Assembly (NCBI RefSeq): GCF_018350175.1
Contig: NC_058368.1
Coordinates: 204,850,001-204,914,000, forward strand
Direction: 5' to 3'
Length of the DNA: 64,000 bases
Source: Felis catus
Lineage: Eukaryota
Shown one piece after another: positions 24,825-37,730 of the stretch. Each line of letters opens with the position of its first letter. The first letter of the stretch is position 1. The notes below the pieces were generated by a model. That model saw only the letters and a program-made list of their open reading frames with translations, was not told where the DNA came from and searched no databases. Made by a program: the position numbers and the translations under genes.

Positions 24825-25700
24825 AATGAGCAAGTAGTTGTTGAATTCTTAGTTCTAGAATTGTGCAGGGCACAATGGAGAACACAAAAGCAATCACAAT
24901 CATGGTTCTCTACCCCAAGAATTAGGCAAGATAGGCACGTGAAATTATGAAAAGAGGAAGTGCACCTAAAAATGAAAGAAAGATCAGAGTGGGGAAATAA
25001 CGAGTGACTGAATGACAGAGAAGATTGTGCTAGGTAAGGAATAGTGGGGGTAGGATGTGAACATGCATTATGGGTAAGAGCTCAGATGGTACAAATGTCC
25101 TGGGTATGGCTTTGGATCTGATTAGCTCAGGGCAGTAGTTGGAACGAGCTGGTGAGATAGAGAACAGGTTTGAAACTATGAATAAAGGGGAATAAAATTG
25201 GACTGGCAAAGGAGGACTAGCCCGAAAGAGCATTTCAACTCGTATTAATCAGAAAGTCACTAGAAGTTTTGGGATAGGCAAAGCATGTGCAAAATGGATT
25301 ATTCTTGGGCTAAATCTGCCCCTCATACTTTCCTCATTAAGTATCACTGAGAAATACTGACAAGATATGGTGATGACTGGATAGAGAAGATGATAAAACA
25401 TGTCTATTGCAAATGACTGAATATATGTGTGGAGGAAAGATGGCGCTATTGATAGAAATCGGAACTTTGGGATCGGAGCTGTTTAGAAAGGGTAAGATCA
25501 CATGACTGTCTTGGGATATTTGGTATTAAACTGATTTAACAGTGATTGAAAGACTTGTGGAAATGTTAGAAATGTCTGGTAGGAAGATGAAGGCAGGAGA
25601 CCAAAGACTGGGAGAGAGAATGAGGTCATTACTGGATTTTAGAGATATTTACATAGAGAGGATGAGTACCAGATGAATTTAATGTGAAGACTAGACTATT
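24825..25700 (-). mobile_element. Degenerate L2 fragments
   Basis: Purine-rich antisense L2-like sequence; boundaries approximate. Confidence 0.4.
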
Positions 25701-26639
25701 TCATGAAGAACCCCCATATCAACTTTATTAAAAGTAATCTTAAAAACCATGTTAAGCCATATAGGGAACATGTGTTCATATCTGGTTTGTAATTTGGCAG
25801 GGACAAAATGAACCACCACCCACAGCTACCTACACCCTCTAATTTGTATCAAGTATTTAAAAGGAAAGAGGTCAACAGCATCTCTAGAAGAATGATGTTA
25901 GCATATTTATATATAGGAGGAATAGTATGGAAGATTAAGGAACTTGTAGCCCTGTTAAGGCAAAATACCAGAGTGGCAGCTGAATTGATAGAAATAATAT
26001 ATCCCCCAATTTTCATTTTACTGAACTAGCTATTCTGATACCAAAAAAGTAAGAGCTGATTAAAAAATCCCTACAGAAGCAGAGGTGTTTATATTGCAAA
26101 ACCAAGACTCTAGTTAGATAACCTAATAAATGTGTACTTTCTGATGCAGGTGTTGATTAGTAATGAAATATTGCAAAACTGAATCAAGTTGATTTCCTGG
26201 TGAAGCTGTGCTAAGAACTCAATGCTGAAAAAGAGGCTAATCCAAAAGAGTATTTGTAACAACCCATTGTAATTAGTACTGGGCACTTATTTGAATAGTT
26301 TACATTTGTTCGTGTCATTACCCACTTTTTATAGTGGTGGTCAATTGAAAATTGTTCAGACCTAAAATGCCTAAGGTCATTTTATTTCTTTCCTGTTAGT
26401 GAGACAGAAAAAGTTCACAAACATTACTGACCTCACTAGTTTTGCTGAGATTTCTCTCTTCTCAGAATCTAATGGGGAATACAGGATAGGAAATTATTTT
26501 AAATGTGTAATGTGTGAGGGAAAAAGGCCTTTTGGAATATTGTATACACTAAGTCTCCTTTTTTATGAAACATTTAAAGCATAGATCATATGTACCTGCA
26601 TTAACCAATTCAGTTACCAATTCAGTGTCCGTGGTGCAT

Positions 26640-27077
26640 TGGAAACAGGGTTAATGTAACTGAGGAAATAAGTATGCAAAATTTTTACAAAATTTCAATT
26701 AGATAGTTTAACTAAGCATTTAATTAAGTATATTTGGGACAGGTTGAGACGTGAATCTAGTGAATCTAGATTTTTATGAAATCTAAATACAGATCAGTAT
26801 TTCTGATGAAATGTTAGCATTCAAATTAAGATGTGCTATAAGTGTAAAATATACACGGATTTTAAAGGCTTGGTACAAAAAAGGGATGCAAAATATTTTG
26901 ACAAGGCCTATGCTTACCATATGTTAAACCCATATTTTGGATTGCTGGGTTAAATAAAATATATTATTGAAAACTAATATTCCTTGTTTCTTTTTATTTT
27001 TTAAATATGATCAGTAGAAAATTTAAAATCACATAAGTGGCTTTCATTATATTTTATATTTCTCTTTGACAACACTA
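26640..27077. mobile_element. hAT-Charlie (Charlie1/MER33-related) DNA transposon end
   Basis: 'agatcagtatttctgatgaaatgttagcattcaaattaagatgtgctataagtgtaaaata...gaaaatttaaaatcacataagtggct...ttgacaacact'. Confidence 0.65.
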
Positions 27078-27365
27078 ACATATACATATCACGGTTTGTA
27101 TGCTTGTACTTGCATTCAGAAACATTAAACTGTTACAGTGGGCATATATGCTTTTGTAACAAACAATAATAAAAAATTATATTTCTAACGATGTATCAAA
27201 TCCTGTGGTTATATTTTAAGAGGTCGTCCCAAATGCAGAATGATGGGGACTGAAGATTCACTGAAGAATTAGGCATGATGATTTTTGTAGGCTTTTTTTT
27301 TTAGGGTACTCAGTATGCCTTAGTTTACCTTTAGAAGGGTGACAATTCACACTGTATCTCTCTAT

Positions 27366-27419
27366 CAGTGGTGCACTGATAAATGTGTAACAATTGTCTC
27401 TCTGGAATTTAAAGAGAGA

Positions 27420-27467
<48 letters not shown>

Positions 27468-27612
27468 ATGACTGGTAGCATTTACCACTTTCTTTGGTGT
27501 AAATACCTTCACCACGGCTGATTTTAAGTTATCAAGTCACTGAACCTGGATTGCCTGAAGTCACTGAACGTGGACCCACAAGCCAGTACAAACGGGACCC
27601 AGCACACCATCA
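27366..27612. mobile_element. MER63-like hAT MITE with internal (GA)n (27413-27465)
   Basis: Ends CAGTGGTGCACTG...CCAGCACACCAT form an imperfect inverted repeat; internal 'ggtgtaaatac...ggctgattttaag'. Confidence 0.65.
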
Positions 27613-27879
27613 GCTCAGGAAATGAATGATGTTATCTAGGCTCCATGCAGGTGACAGGTACAAAGATTAATCTGCTGACATTGATAGAAGATGTAAGAGA
27701 CAGGACTGCTGAGTGGACCCTGGACACAATTTCATTTGATGCCATCTGTTTTACTGTTTGCTGAGCATATTTAGTTAATAATCATTGACAGATATTTTCC
27801 CAACTCTTTAGAAATTAGCATCAGCCTCTACCATAAATGCCATCTTTGATCATCATTTACAGAGAGGGTGAGCTTGGGG

Positions 27880-28060
27880 CTAAGTGCATGTGTTCTGGAG
27901 TCAGAGAGAGCTAGGTTCAAATCCTAGCTTTACCAAACCTGTTTACTAGTCTCTAATATAAGGATGATAATCTTATTACCTTTTTCATAGGAAAATCAGG
28001 AGGAGATTAAATGAGATGTTCTATTCAAAGCATTTTACATGTATCCAATAAATAAGTTCT
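27880..28060 (+). mobile_element. MIR SINE
   Basis: 'tctggagtcagagagagctaggttcaaatcctagct...aggagattaaatgagatg'. Confidence 0.6.
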
Positions 28061-30505
28061 TTATTAGACTCTTTCTGATACTAGTAATAAATAGATTATG
28101 TTTTGTAATGCTTCCATTGGCTGGATCGGGGTTGGGGCCCTCATCTATATATCATGAAATAGAAGCCTAGGGAGGTGGTAAAGCAGTCAGTAAATATGTT
28201 CTCGGGTAGCCACAACATGTACGACTCCCTTCTTCAATCATGCACTTACATCACATAAGGGTCCGAGGAAAATGAAGAGTCATCATAATGTAATGTGTGC
28301 ATCTTCTAGGATAAAGCAGGAATGCTGCTCATTTTTGCTTGGGTGTATAGGCAATTGTACACCTTTGACATGGATGCCCAGTTGTGGGAAAAAATCTAGA
28401 GGCTGATTTCACCCGTAATTACTATCTCAGCTGTTGTAAAAAAAAAAAAAAAAAAGAAAGAAAGTCTATGCTGTTGTTAACTGGGTCCAGGTCATTTGTC
28501 TTGTGAATCATGCATTTCTAGAGATGAGAACTGGGTAGATAAATTCCAATGATAAGAGGCTTGACTTGAAGCTAGGACTTTCCCTGTGAGAATACAAGAG
28601 GCAGCTGGGTTATAGGAAATTTGGTATTAAACTCTTCCTTTCTGGAGAAGTGAAAAAATACAGGCCTTTTCAGAACTAAATACTTAGTGCTGCCCCTATC
28701 TTGGTCTGCATGGGCATTCTGCTAGGAGTGGACCTTTATTGGTGCATGGGGCAACCTGTTTGAGTTTATTAGTAAGACCCGGTGGCACTTTGCAGTACCT
28801 TGACATAACAACTACCCTTGTGGATGGTGGCCAAACTCACCCAGCTTGACTCACTTGGTGCATCCACTGATTCACAATGTGGGTATGTCTCTCACATGAA
28901 AGAGAAAATCAATTGCATAGGTACGTATTTGAACAGTGCGTTCCTTTTTATATCATACTTCATACCACTGCACCTACAGAGTCATTTTTGTTTTTCCAAA
29001 ACAGAATTTGAAAAAGCAAGTCTCTTCCTGGATTTCTGCTGTGTCTCTCTCTTTTCACAAGTGGCTTTTTTTTTAAACCATTTATTTTTTTAGTGCGATA
29101 CATCATATAGAACACGGAGAATATACTTTAAACAAAGTTGAAGAGGTTGGAATTTCTTTCAAACTCTCAGATGGAAATTGGTTTTGTTTTACCTAATTTA
29201 ATAGGAAATGGATAGGCTGTTGAAGACATGATCACAGTGAGTGAAGTCTTCAAGCAAAAACATTCGTTATCTTGATGAGATGATAATCTGACAATGATTA
29301 GTAAAGTAAGTCAGTGCACTAAAAGGACTTACTAACAGACCCAGATAACATATAGAGCAAACACTGGGAGAAACTCTTCTTTCCTTTCATCAAGTCCAAA
29401 ATGAACTTGTTCTTTTAAGGCAAACAAGTTGAGAAACCAAGAGTGAGGCAATATGATCTTCTGGAAAAAGCATTTCCAGAGAAGGTGTCAGCAATCCCAA
29501 GCCTTGGTGCCAGCCCGACACTGCCTGACCTGGTAACTCAGGCACTCATTCAATCATTGTGGGCCTCAGTTCCCTCGTCGGCATGCCATCCGTGATTTTG
29601 TGGTAAGCCAAATCCCAGGCTGCGCAATGTAATGAAAGCTGCCATTCTTTGAGGACTGCTTGTCCCGACGCTGCCAGGCTCCTTGTCCTTCTCTTCTTTT
29701 AGCTGTGAGTAACTGGGGGCAGGAGGTCTGCCTCACGTACACGTTGTGTCCCCAACAACTAGCCTTGGGCCTGACATAGAGTAGATGCCTCCCCTAAAAA
29801 CTGCCTTATTATTTCATTCAACTTTTACAAAGACTCTGTGAAAGACAGCCTCATTTTAACGTTGAGAATACAAAAGTTTAGAGGAACTTTGAGAGGTTCC
29901 ATGAATCCCCCGACAGAACCATGCCCAGAGTCTCCAAGGCCTGTCTTCACCTTCCCATGCTGCACCGTAAACATGAAACTAGGCCAACCGAGCACATGAG
30001 CAGAGTACCAGTGAGGCAGGAAAGCTACAGAGGGCAAGAAAAAAAGAAAGAGGAAACGTTTGGACTCGAATTATGGACAGGGTCAGACCACAATATTTTC
30101 AGTGCTCCGGCCTGTCAAGGGCGGTAATAATTCATAAATGCTGACACAGTAGGTTCTTTAGGAGTATTGCTCAAGGGATATAATATTCATCTCTAGGCCT
30201 TACAGCCTCCAAGAGCACCTGGCCCACTTGCGGGTGCGTTACTTAAGAGCTATAAAGTGTGCGCTTTGCATGACATGGGGCATCCCCCCACCTCCTTTAA
30301 GCCTATATATATAAATAGAAAGGAGTCTACTTGGCCAGACTGACTGGCTGCCAGATAGATGGCAGACACGGGGCAGATCAATGTCAAGTCTCAGCTCCAG
30401 GAAGTTTATAATATACCACTTCACTCTTCGAGATCATAGGACGTGTAACAGTTTGGACTTGGACCACTCATTGTTAATAGCTTTAATAGAAGATGTCCCC
30501 TAGAA

Positions 30506-30824
30506 CAGTGCTGGGTCACAGAAATATAATGTGAGACACAAGTGCCAGCCACATACGTACTTTCGAATTTCCGAGTAACCACGTTAAAAAAGAAATGCAT
30601 AAAATTTTAATTTTTTAATATTTTCATAAGATATCTTATTTACCCCAATATATCTAATATATTATTTCATCATATAGTAAATATGAAAAGCATTGAGGTA
30701 TTTTTCATATGGAATCTTTGAATCTGGTGTGTATTTCACGCAGCCCATCACAAGTGGCACAAGCCAGATTTCAAGTGTTCCACAGTCACATGCGGTTAAG
30801 TGGCTACCATGTGAAAGTGTGCAG
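30506..30824. mobile_element. MER33-like hAT-Charlie MITE
   Basis: 'cagtgctg...agaaatataatgtgag...agccagatttcaagtgttccacagtcacatg...gtggctaccat', ~320 bp. Confidence 0.75.
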
Positions 30825-31220
30825 CTCAGGGACACAGAGACTGTGGGTGTCCATGTGGCCAGCTCCCTGGCTACCGCAGAATGTATCTGCGCTCATTACT
30901 GCTCATGAGCAGAATAAGCTGCTGAGAAGGGACCTTGAAACAGTCATTTTTCAAGATGTAATAGTTTCTTAAAGTCCTGGAAAGAAATAAGTCTTGCTAC
31001 GAAACCAAGAGGCAGGATGCTCCAGTCCTTCCTAACATCCATTTTACATATAATTACCGAGCACTGAAATCTACGTACAGTTAAATCATAAACCCTTTGT
31101 TTGTGGCACAGAACTGGCACAGAGCACCAGATCTGTCACTGGTTATGGGACTTTCAGCAAATCATTTCTCACCCTCAGCCTCAGCTTCCTTATCTTCAAA
31201 ACAGAATGTCTGGAGCATAT

Positions 31221-31392
31221 CAATAGTTCTCAGCCTTGACTGCAAATTAGAACCATGTGGGAAACAAACAAACAAACAAAAATGCCCTGCCTTTACCATA
31301 TATACAACAGCATCTCTGTGGTGGGGCCTGAGTATTAACACTTTAACATTTGTTATGAGATTCTAAAGTGCAGCTAGGGTTAAGAATCACTG
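31221..31392. mobile_element. MER5A-like hAT MITE
   Basis: CAATAGTTCTCA...TAAGAATCACTG inverted ends; internal 'gcatctctgtggtggggcctgag...gattctaaagtgcagctagggtt'. Confidence 0.7.
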
Positions 31393-31715
31393 ACTTAGTC
31401 CAAACCAAATGTGCTATGATGTTTCAGTCTGTGCAAATGGAGCTCATATGCCCCAGGGAGCCTTCCTCAGCTGAGTGGAAGGAGAGAAAACAAAACAAAA
31501 CAAAACAAAACATCAATCTTTCCCATCCAGTCAACCAATAAATGTAATTTTTGCAATAGAAAGCCTTCTATGCCAACGGGGGTTGAAATACTAAATATAA
31601 AGGTAGGAAAAGAAAATATTATCCCATGAAATGGCAAGATAAAAAGAATACATGCAATGGATGAAATCATTCACAGATAAGATCACTCAAGGAATGATGA
31701 AACATTATTTCAAAG

Positions 31716-32329
31716 TGTTGCTGATGAGGTCCCCTCAAGATGACCATCTCTGGGTTTTCAATCAAACGCTAATTTAGGTACTTCCCTGAGGGAATTCTAC
31801 AGATGTAATTAAGGTTACTAATCAACTGATTTTAAAATAGGGAGATTATCTTAGATCACTGAGGTGAGTCCATGTAATTATCCTATAAAACAGAAGTAAT
31901 CAATGAGATGTGGCGGGAGAGGAAGCCTGAGAGGTGAGAAATGTGAGAGGGATTTGATGTGCTGTTGCTGGAGGGGACGGCATAGAAAACATGAGATGCA
32001 ATGCAGGCAGACGAAAACAGGAGCGAAAACTGGCACCTAGCTGACAGCCATCAAGGGAGCAGAGAAGACAGTCCTACAATGACAAGGAATTAAATTGGGT
32101 TAGCAATCTTAAGGAGTGTGGAAGCAAATTCATCCCCAGAGCCTCCAGAAGGTAACAGAGCCCTAAAAAGTTTCTTTTTTTTAATTTCAGCATTCTTTAA
32201 GCAGAGAATTCAGTTGAGCCATGCTGTGTCCAGACTTCTGACCTACAGAATTGTGAAGTATTAAATGGGTATTGTTATAAACCAATACATTTATGATGAT
32301 TGCTTATGGAAGCAATAGAAACTAACACA
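31716..32329 (+). mobile_element. MaLR solo LTR (MLT1D/E-like)
   Basis: 'cagatgtaattaagg...aaaatagggagattatc...ccccagagcctccagaagg...gacttctgacctacagaattgtga...agcaatagaaactaacaca'; TG...CA ends. Confidence 0.85.
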
Positions 32330-33739
32330 GTCTCTAAAAGTCCATTAGAGAGTCCTAGGTTGATTTCCTAAACATCAATCAGGAAGATAATTATCCAGTC
32401 ACCTTTGAAACATGTCCAAGTGAATAAGGGCCTTTTTCCAGAGCACAGAAACTTGTGACTTGAGAGGCAATCTAGTTCAATCAATTAATGATGGATAAGG
32501 AATGCTAAAAAAAAAAACTTAGATACCAAATAATCTGTGGCTTTGTCTCCTCCAACTATCCTTGGCCAAGAGCACTTTAATCAGCCAACAAGAATGTGCC
32601 AATATGGAAACAGGTACAATAATCTCTCAGAGCTAGGTGATGCTCTCACCTGAAGTCATTCAGTTCCCTCTATTCCAACTCTATGATTGCCAAATGAACT
32701 TCTGATTCTTATCTTACTTTCTGGGTTTCTTCTCTTTCTGGAAAACTAACACAATAACTAGCTGAAATGAAATTGCTTGACAGATGAAATGGAGCATAAA
32801 TGAATGAACTGGCATTCTGGTATACTGGTCCATCTCTTGAGCTTGGCTAGTAGAAATTGAATTCCTAGAGTCTAATCACCTCTGGGTCATTTGATGGAAT
32901 TTATTTTTTGAACACATAGATCTGGACATGAGATGATCCCAGGGAAAGTGAGAAACACTGCGAGCACTTGTCTGAATTAGTTTGTTGGCCTTGCTTCTCA
33001 TCTTAACCCCAGGTCTAGCCAGGGAATTAAAAAACAGATGATGTGTCAATGGGAAGGTAAATCAAAACAAAGGTCAAGGTCTGTGACAGAACAGGGTAGG
33101 GGGAAGATAAGGATAAGCAGCATTTATTTTATGGAAAAGGTGGTTTGGAAGGGGGAAGTACAGGCTATCTTTGCAACACGTCCTTGTAAATTTAACATCT
33201 TGGCTCAGGAGAGCCTGTTTTTAGTCCTTTGCATTAAACATTTAATTCCCAGGAGCCTTGTGTTTACCACCCCATGAGACCACAAAGTAACTCAGGAAAT
33301 GGAAATTCAATGAGCTGGCCATGTTTCTCCTAAATCAGTTGGCTGGTGGATGATGACTGGAACAAGCAAGCTGAGCCAAACCCTGACCCACTCACAAATG
33401 AATCACAGAGACTGTCCACCTACCAAGAAGTCAAAGAAATAAACACTTCAGTGCTTTTCCACTGTAATCTCTTTGGGTGATTTCAGTTTCATATCTTGTA
33501 GAACAGTAATACAACATTTATCTTCTAACCTGAAAACTGATTCAAATGAATTTTTTTTATACCCAACCTCTTGTGCTCATGTTACCAACTAAAACTTTAC
33601 TTCCAAATGAGGAAGAAAAGCTACAGGGAATCCCCAGGGTGGCAGTTTATATAAAGCCTCATGTAAATACTGCAGAACTAGAGAGCAGGTTCCCCAGACA
33701 TAGGGACTAATACCCATAAGCATCTGAAATAACTCCTGC

Positions 33740-34190
33740 CCAAATTGAACTCAGCACCTCCTACCTGTCCCCAATCTCATTCCTCATATTCCCTGTCTTG
33801 ATTGATGAGATTAGGGTTCTGCAGCTACCTGAACTAGATACCTTGGTTACCCCATCCCTTTTCACAGGTAACTTGATGCTATAAGAGAGTGATTCTACCT
33901 CAGAATTCTCTAGGAAATGTAACTCCTCCTCTCCCAATCCTAGCCCCACTGCCTCTTTCCTGCCTTTTTTACACTTGATGCAGCCTTCCTTGTGGTCTGT
34001 CTTCCTTTACTTTTAAGGCTGCTGCCAGACAAATCACAAACCTATTTATGCTTCCATGAAGCCTTCTACACTCCCCGAGAAACCTAAGTGTTAACTCTTC
34101 TGTGCCTCCACACAGACTTTTTTTAACCTCTGCTATACACAATGCCACAGTCAGAAGATGATGAACCCATTTGTGGAATAAATGAGTTCT
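33740..34190 (+). mobile_element. Degenerate L2 fragment
   Basis: Pyrimidine-rich L2-like sequence ending 'atttgtggaataaatgag'. Confidence 0.4.
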
Positions 34191-34421
34191 CAGTGCCTGT
34201 GTTACTATCTAACGCTCTGCAGGGCAGAAAAAGTCCCACTTTCGCCATTCATTACTCTACCCCACCACCAAAGCACTTTGCAGGATTTGATGAGTGCACA
34301 GATATGTGGGTTGGTTTTGCTGGCGAGTATTGCTGGATATAAGGTGGGCCAGAAGCACTAGAAGTTCTCCCCTCCACCCAAGAATATCCACAGTATCATC
34401 TACCTATAGTTTCTGGATCTT

Positions 34422-34640
34422 TATTTTATTTTTTTTTTCAATGTTTATTTATTTTGGGACAGAGAGAGACAGAGCATGAACGGGGGAGGGGCAGAGAGAG
34501 AGGGAGACACAGAATCAGAAACAGGCTCCAGGCTCTGAGCTGTCAGCACAGAGCCCGACGCGGGGCTCGAACTCACAGACCGCGAGATCGTGACCTGGCT
34601 GAAGTCGGACGCTTAACCAACTGCGCCACCCAGGCGCCCC
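34422..34640 (-). mobile_element. Young SINEC_Fc-type Can-SINE
   Basis: Near-consensus with CpGs retained; perfect TSD agtttctggatctt (34408-34421, 34641-34654). Confidence 0.97.
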
Positions 34641-35893
34641 AGTTTCTGGATCTTGTGAAGTTAGTTTGGGTAAAAGAGAGCACAGCGCAATTTTGGGGTT
34701 AGAAGATGGGCCCAGGACTGAACTTTGGGCAGCCAGAATATAGTCTGAGGGTGCCAGGTATAGGCATGAGAGAATTTCACAAAGGGACAGAGGGTCACAG
34801 GTCAAAATTCTGCCTAGGACCCACCTGAATGGCTGCGAATGCTGACTAAAGGCTGCACTTGTTTGGAATATGGCAGAACTCAGCTTCCACAGGTCAGCCT
34901 CCCCATGAGTAACCTCACCCTCAGTCCCTTCAGATTCCCCATTCAATTTCCTCTCTACCTTTGCAGGAGTGGCAAACAGGAAAAGTCAAGAGAAAAAAGA
35001 AGATGTATCCAGGTGGCTTTCTGCTTTCCTTTTATCATCAGCACAGCACAGAGCATGCAGTGTAATTATTTTCCTGCAAGTTATTTGCCATGATCACCAG
35101 GTTACGTTCTTTAAACTACAACTGGTTTAAACATAAGTGGTTTTGCTAGTTTTTGTCTTAATCAGAATGTCTGGAAGTCTGAGGTTAGTGCTGATGGAGG
35201 GAAGGAGAGCCAATGTGGAAGCCAGAAGCCCAGTGAGAATCCGAGAGTTGGAGGGAGCTCTAAGGACCATGTTGGTCTAAACGTTTCACTTCACAGCCGA
35301 GGTAAGCGAAGTGCAGTGAGACACCACTGCTGGTTACAGCCGAGCTGGGAGCAGCACCGAGGTCTCCTGCCCCTCCTCCAGTGGTGTTTTTTTTTTCCTT
35401 TTTTACAACTCCACATTGTTGTGGAGCAATCACCTGTTGCTGTGATTTCAAGAAGCAAAAAGCCACACTTACCCTCAGCTCACATGTGCTGTCATACGCA
35501 ATATCATTTATCATTAGACATTCAGGACAAGCAAATCATAACACGTATGGGCATACAGCCACCCAGTTCTTCTGGCAGCCACAGAGGGCTGGCCACTACC
35601 CACCCTCAACAGGAGCTGAGTGCCCCCTGCCAGCTTCTTTAGGGTAGGAAAAGAGGCTTTGAGTCACTGAGAAAAGGAGTTTACTCATAACCAGCCCTAG
35701 AGTCTGGACCAAACTGAACTGAAATTTCTGAAAATAATCCCGGATAGAACCTTGCAAAAATCTATCCTCTACACGGATGCCACAGTGATTTTCCTAAATT
35801 GCTGATCAACAGCCTCTGATTCAGACTCCTCATTATCAAATGATAAACTCCTAGAAAGGTACATCCAGCCCTGGGTAGTCTGACCTGGCCTCT

Positions 35894-36328
35894 TTTTTTT
35901 TTTTTTTTAATGTTTATGTATTTTTTTTTCAACGTTTATTTATTTTTGGGACAGAGAGAGACAGAGCATGAACGGGGGAGGGGCAGAGAGAGAGGGAGAC
36001 ACAGAATCGGAAACAGGCTCCAGGCTCTGAGCCATCAGCCCAGAGCCTGACGCGGGGCTCGAACTCACGGACCGCGAGATCGTGACCTGGCTGAAGTCGG
36101 ACGCTCAACCGACTGCGCCACCCAGGCGCCCCTAATGTTTATGTATTTTTAAGAGACAGAGCATGAGCAGGGGAGGGGCACGGAGGGGCAGGGAGGGGCA
36201 GAATCAGAAGCAGGCTCCAGGCTCTGAGCTGTCAGCACAGAGCCCAACGTGGGGCTTGAACCCACAAACCGCAAGAGCCTGACCTGAGCTGAAGTTGGAC
36301 GCTTAACTGACTGGGTCATCCAGCACCC
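35894..36328 (-). mobile_element. Older Can-SINE (host of a nested SINE)
   Basis: TSD ctgacctggcctct (35880-35893, 36329-36342); body at 36133-36328, tail at 35894-35925. Confidence 0.92.
35926..36132 (-). mobile_element. Young SINEC_Fc nested in the tail of the older SINE
   Basis: Perfect TSD taatgtttatgtattttt (35908-35925, 36133-36150). Confidence 0.95.
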
Positions 36329-36972
36329 CTGACCTGGCCTCTCTCTACCCTTCCATTCCTATCTTTCACTAATTTCCCAAACCGACCCTTTCCTTTGTCC
36401 ACGAGAGGGGACTTCTCTGAAGTTTCCAGACTCTTCACCTCTTTGGCCCCTCTGCCACCTGTCTTCTTCCGACTTCACCCATCTCTGTTACTCATCCCCC
36501 CAACCCTCAGATCAAGGTCACTTCAAGTTAGATGCATTTCTTCACTTACCAGATAAAATTAGGAGCCCCTCCTCTCTACTTCCATACAGCCTTGACAAAC
36601 CCTTATCAGAGCAATGTAAGATAGCCATGATTTTCCCATCTCTCTCCTGAGATGCTATTTCACACGTGCCTAGCACACTCCGTTTAAAATGAATTTTGAA
36701 GGAATGAACAGAGACACCTGACACTGTTTTAAAAATGGGTATTTTAAGGGGTGGGAGCATGTCCTTCTGTGGAAAGTTCATCTGAGTGCATTTTAATGAG
36801 ATAAAGTAGCATTTCAATCATATCAGGCATGGTGGGATAGCTTGATTCAGGCATGCAGTAAGGAACCCAAAGCATAGAGAGCACAAAAGCATAGAAAGCA
36901 CAAAGCATAGCTAGGCTAGAAGCACAAAAAAACAAAGTAATGTTTTCTTTTTCTTTAAAGTGTATCTTTTCT

Positions 36973-37352
36973 CCTTACACCTGTCAGAATGGCTAGAATA
37001 AGACAGACAGGAAATAATAGGTGTTGGCAAAGATATGAGGAAAAAGGAACCCTCATGCACTTTTGGTGGGAATGCAAATTGGTGCAGCCACTGTAGAAAA
37101 CAGTATGGAGGTTACTTAAAATATTAAAAAAAATTACAATTACCATATGATCCTAGTAATTCTACTAATGGGTATTTACCCAAGGAAAGTAAAAAAAAAA
37201 AAAACTAATTCAAAAAGATATATGCACCCCTAGGTTTATTGCGTTATTAACAAGAGCCAAAACAAAACAAAACAAAACAAAACAAAAAACAAGAGCCAAG
37301 ATATGGAAGCAACCCAAGTGTCCATCAACAAATGAATGGATAAGGAAGATGT

Positions 37353-37407
<55 letters not shown>

Positions 37408-37730
37408 CACATACCATGGATGGTATACCATGGATGGATCTATAAGGTATTATATTAAGTGAAATAAATCAGAGAGATAAATATCATATGTAGAATTTAA
37501 GAAACATAACAAAGAAAAAAAAGACACAAAAATTCATACTCTTAAATACAGAGAACAAACTGGTAGTTACCAGAAAGGACGTGGGGTGGATAGGTAAAAT
37601 AAAGAGATTAAGAGTACACTTATCATAATGAGCACTGAATAATGTATAGAAATGTTCAATCATTATATTGTACACATGACACTAATATAACACTGTATGC
37701 TAATCATATAAATATAAACATATACACAAA
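36973..37730 (+). mobile_element. 5'-truncated older carnivore L1 3' end with (AAAAC)n and (TA)n expansions
   Basis: 'acacctgtcagaatggct...ggtgggaatgcaaattggtgcagccact...gaagcaacccaagtgtccatca'; degenerate TSD aaagtgt..cttttct. Confidence 0.9.

Noticed and set aside
36868..36930. aaagcatag/agcac short repeats as a CRISPR-like or functional array
   Set aside because: Three degenerate 16-17 bp tandem units with no unique spacers, in eukaryotic DNA; a slippage product
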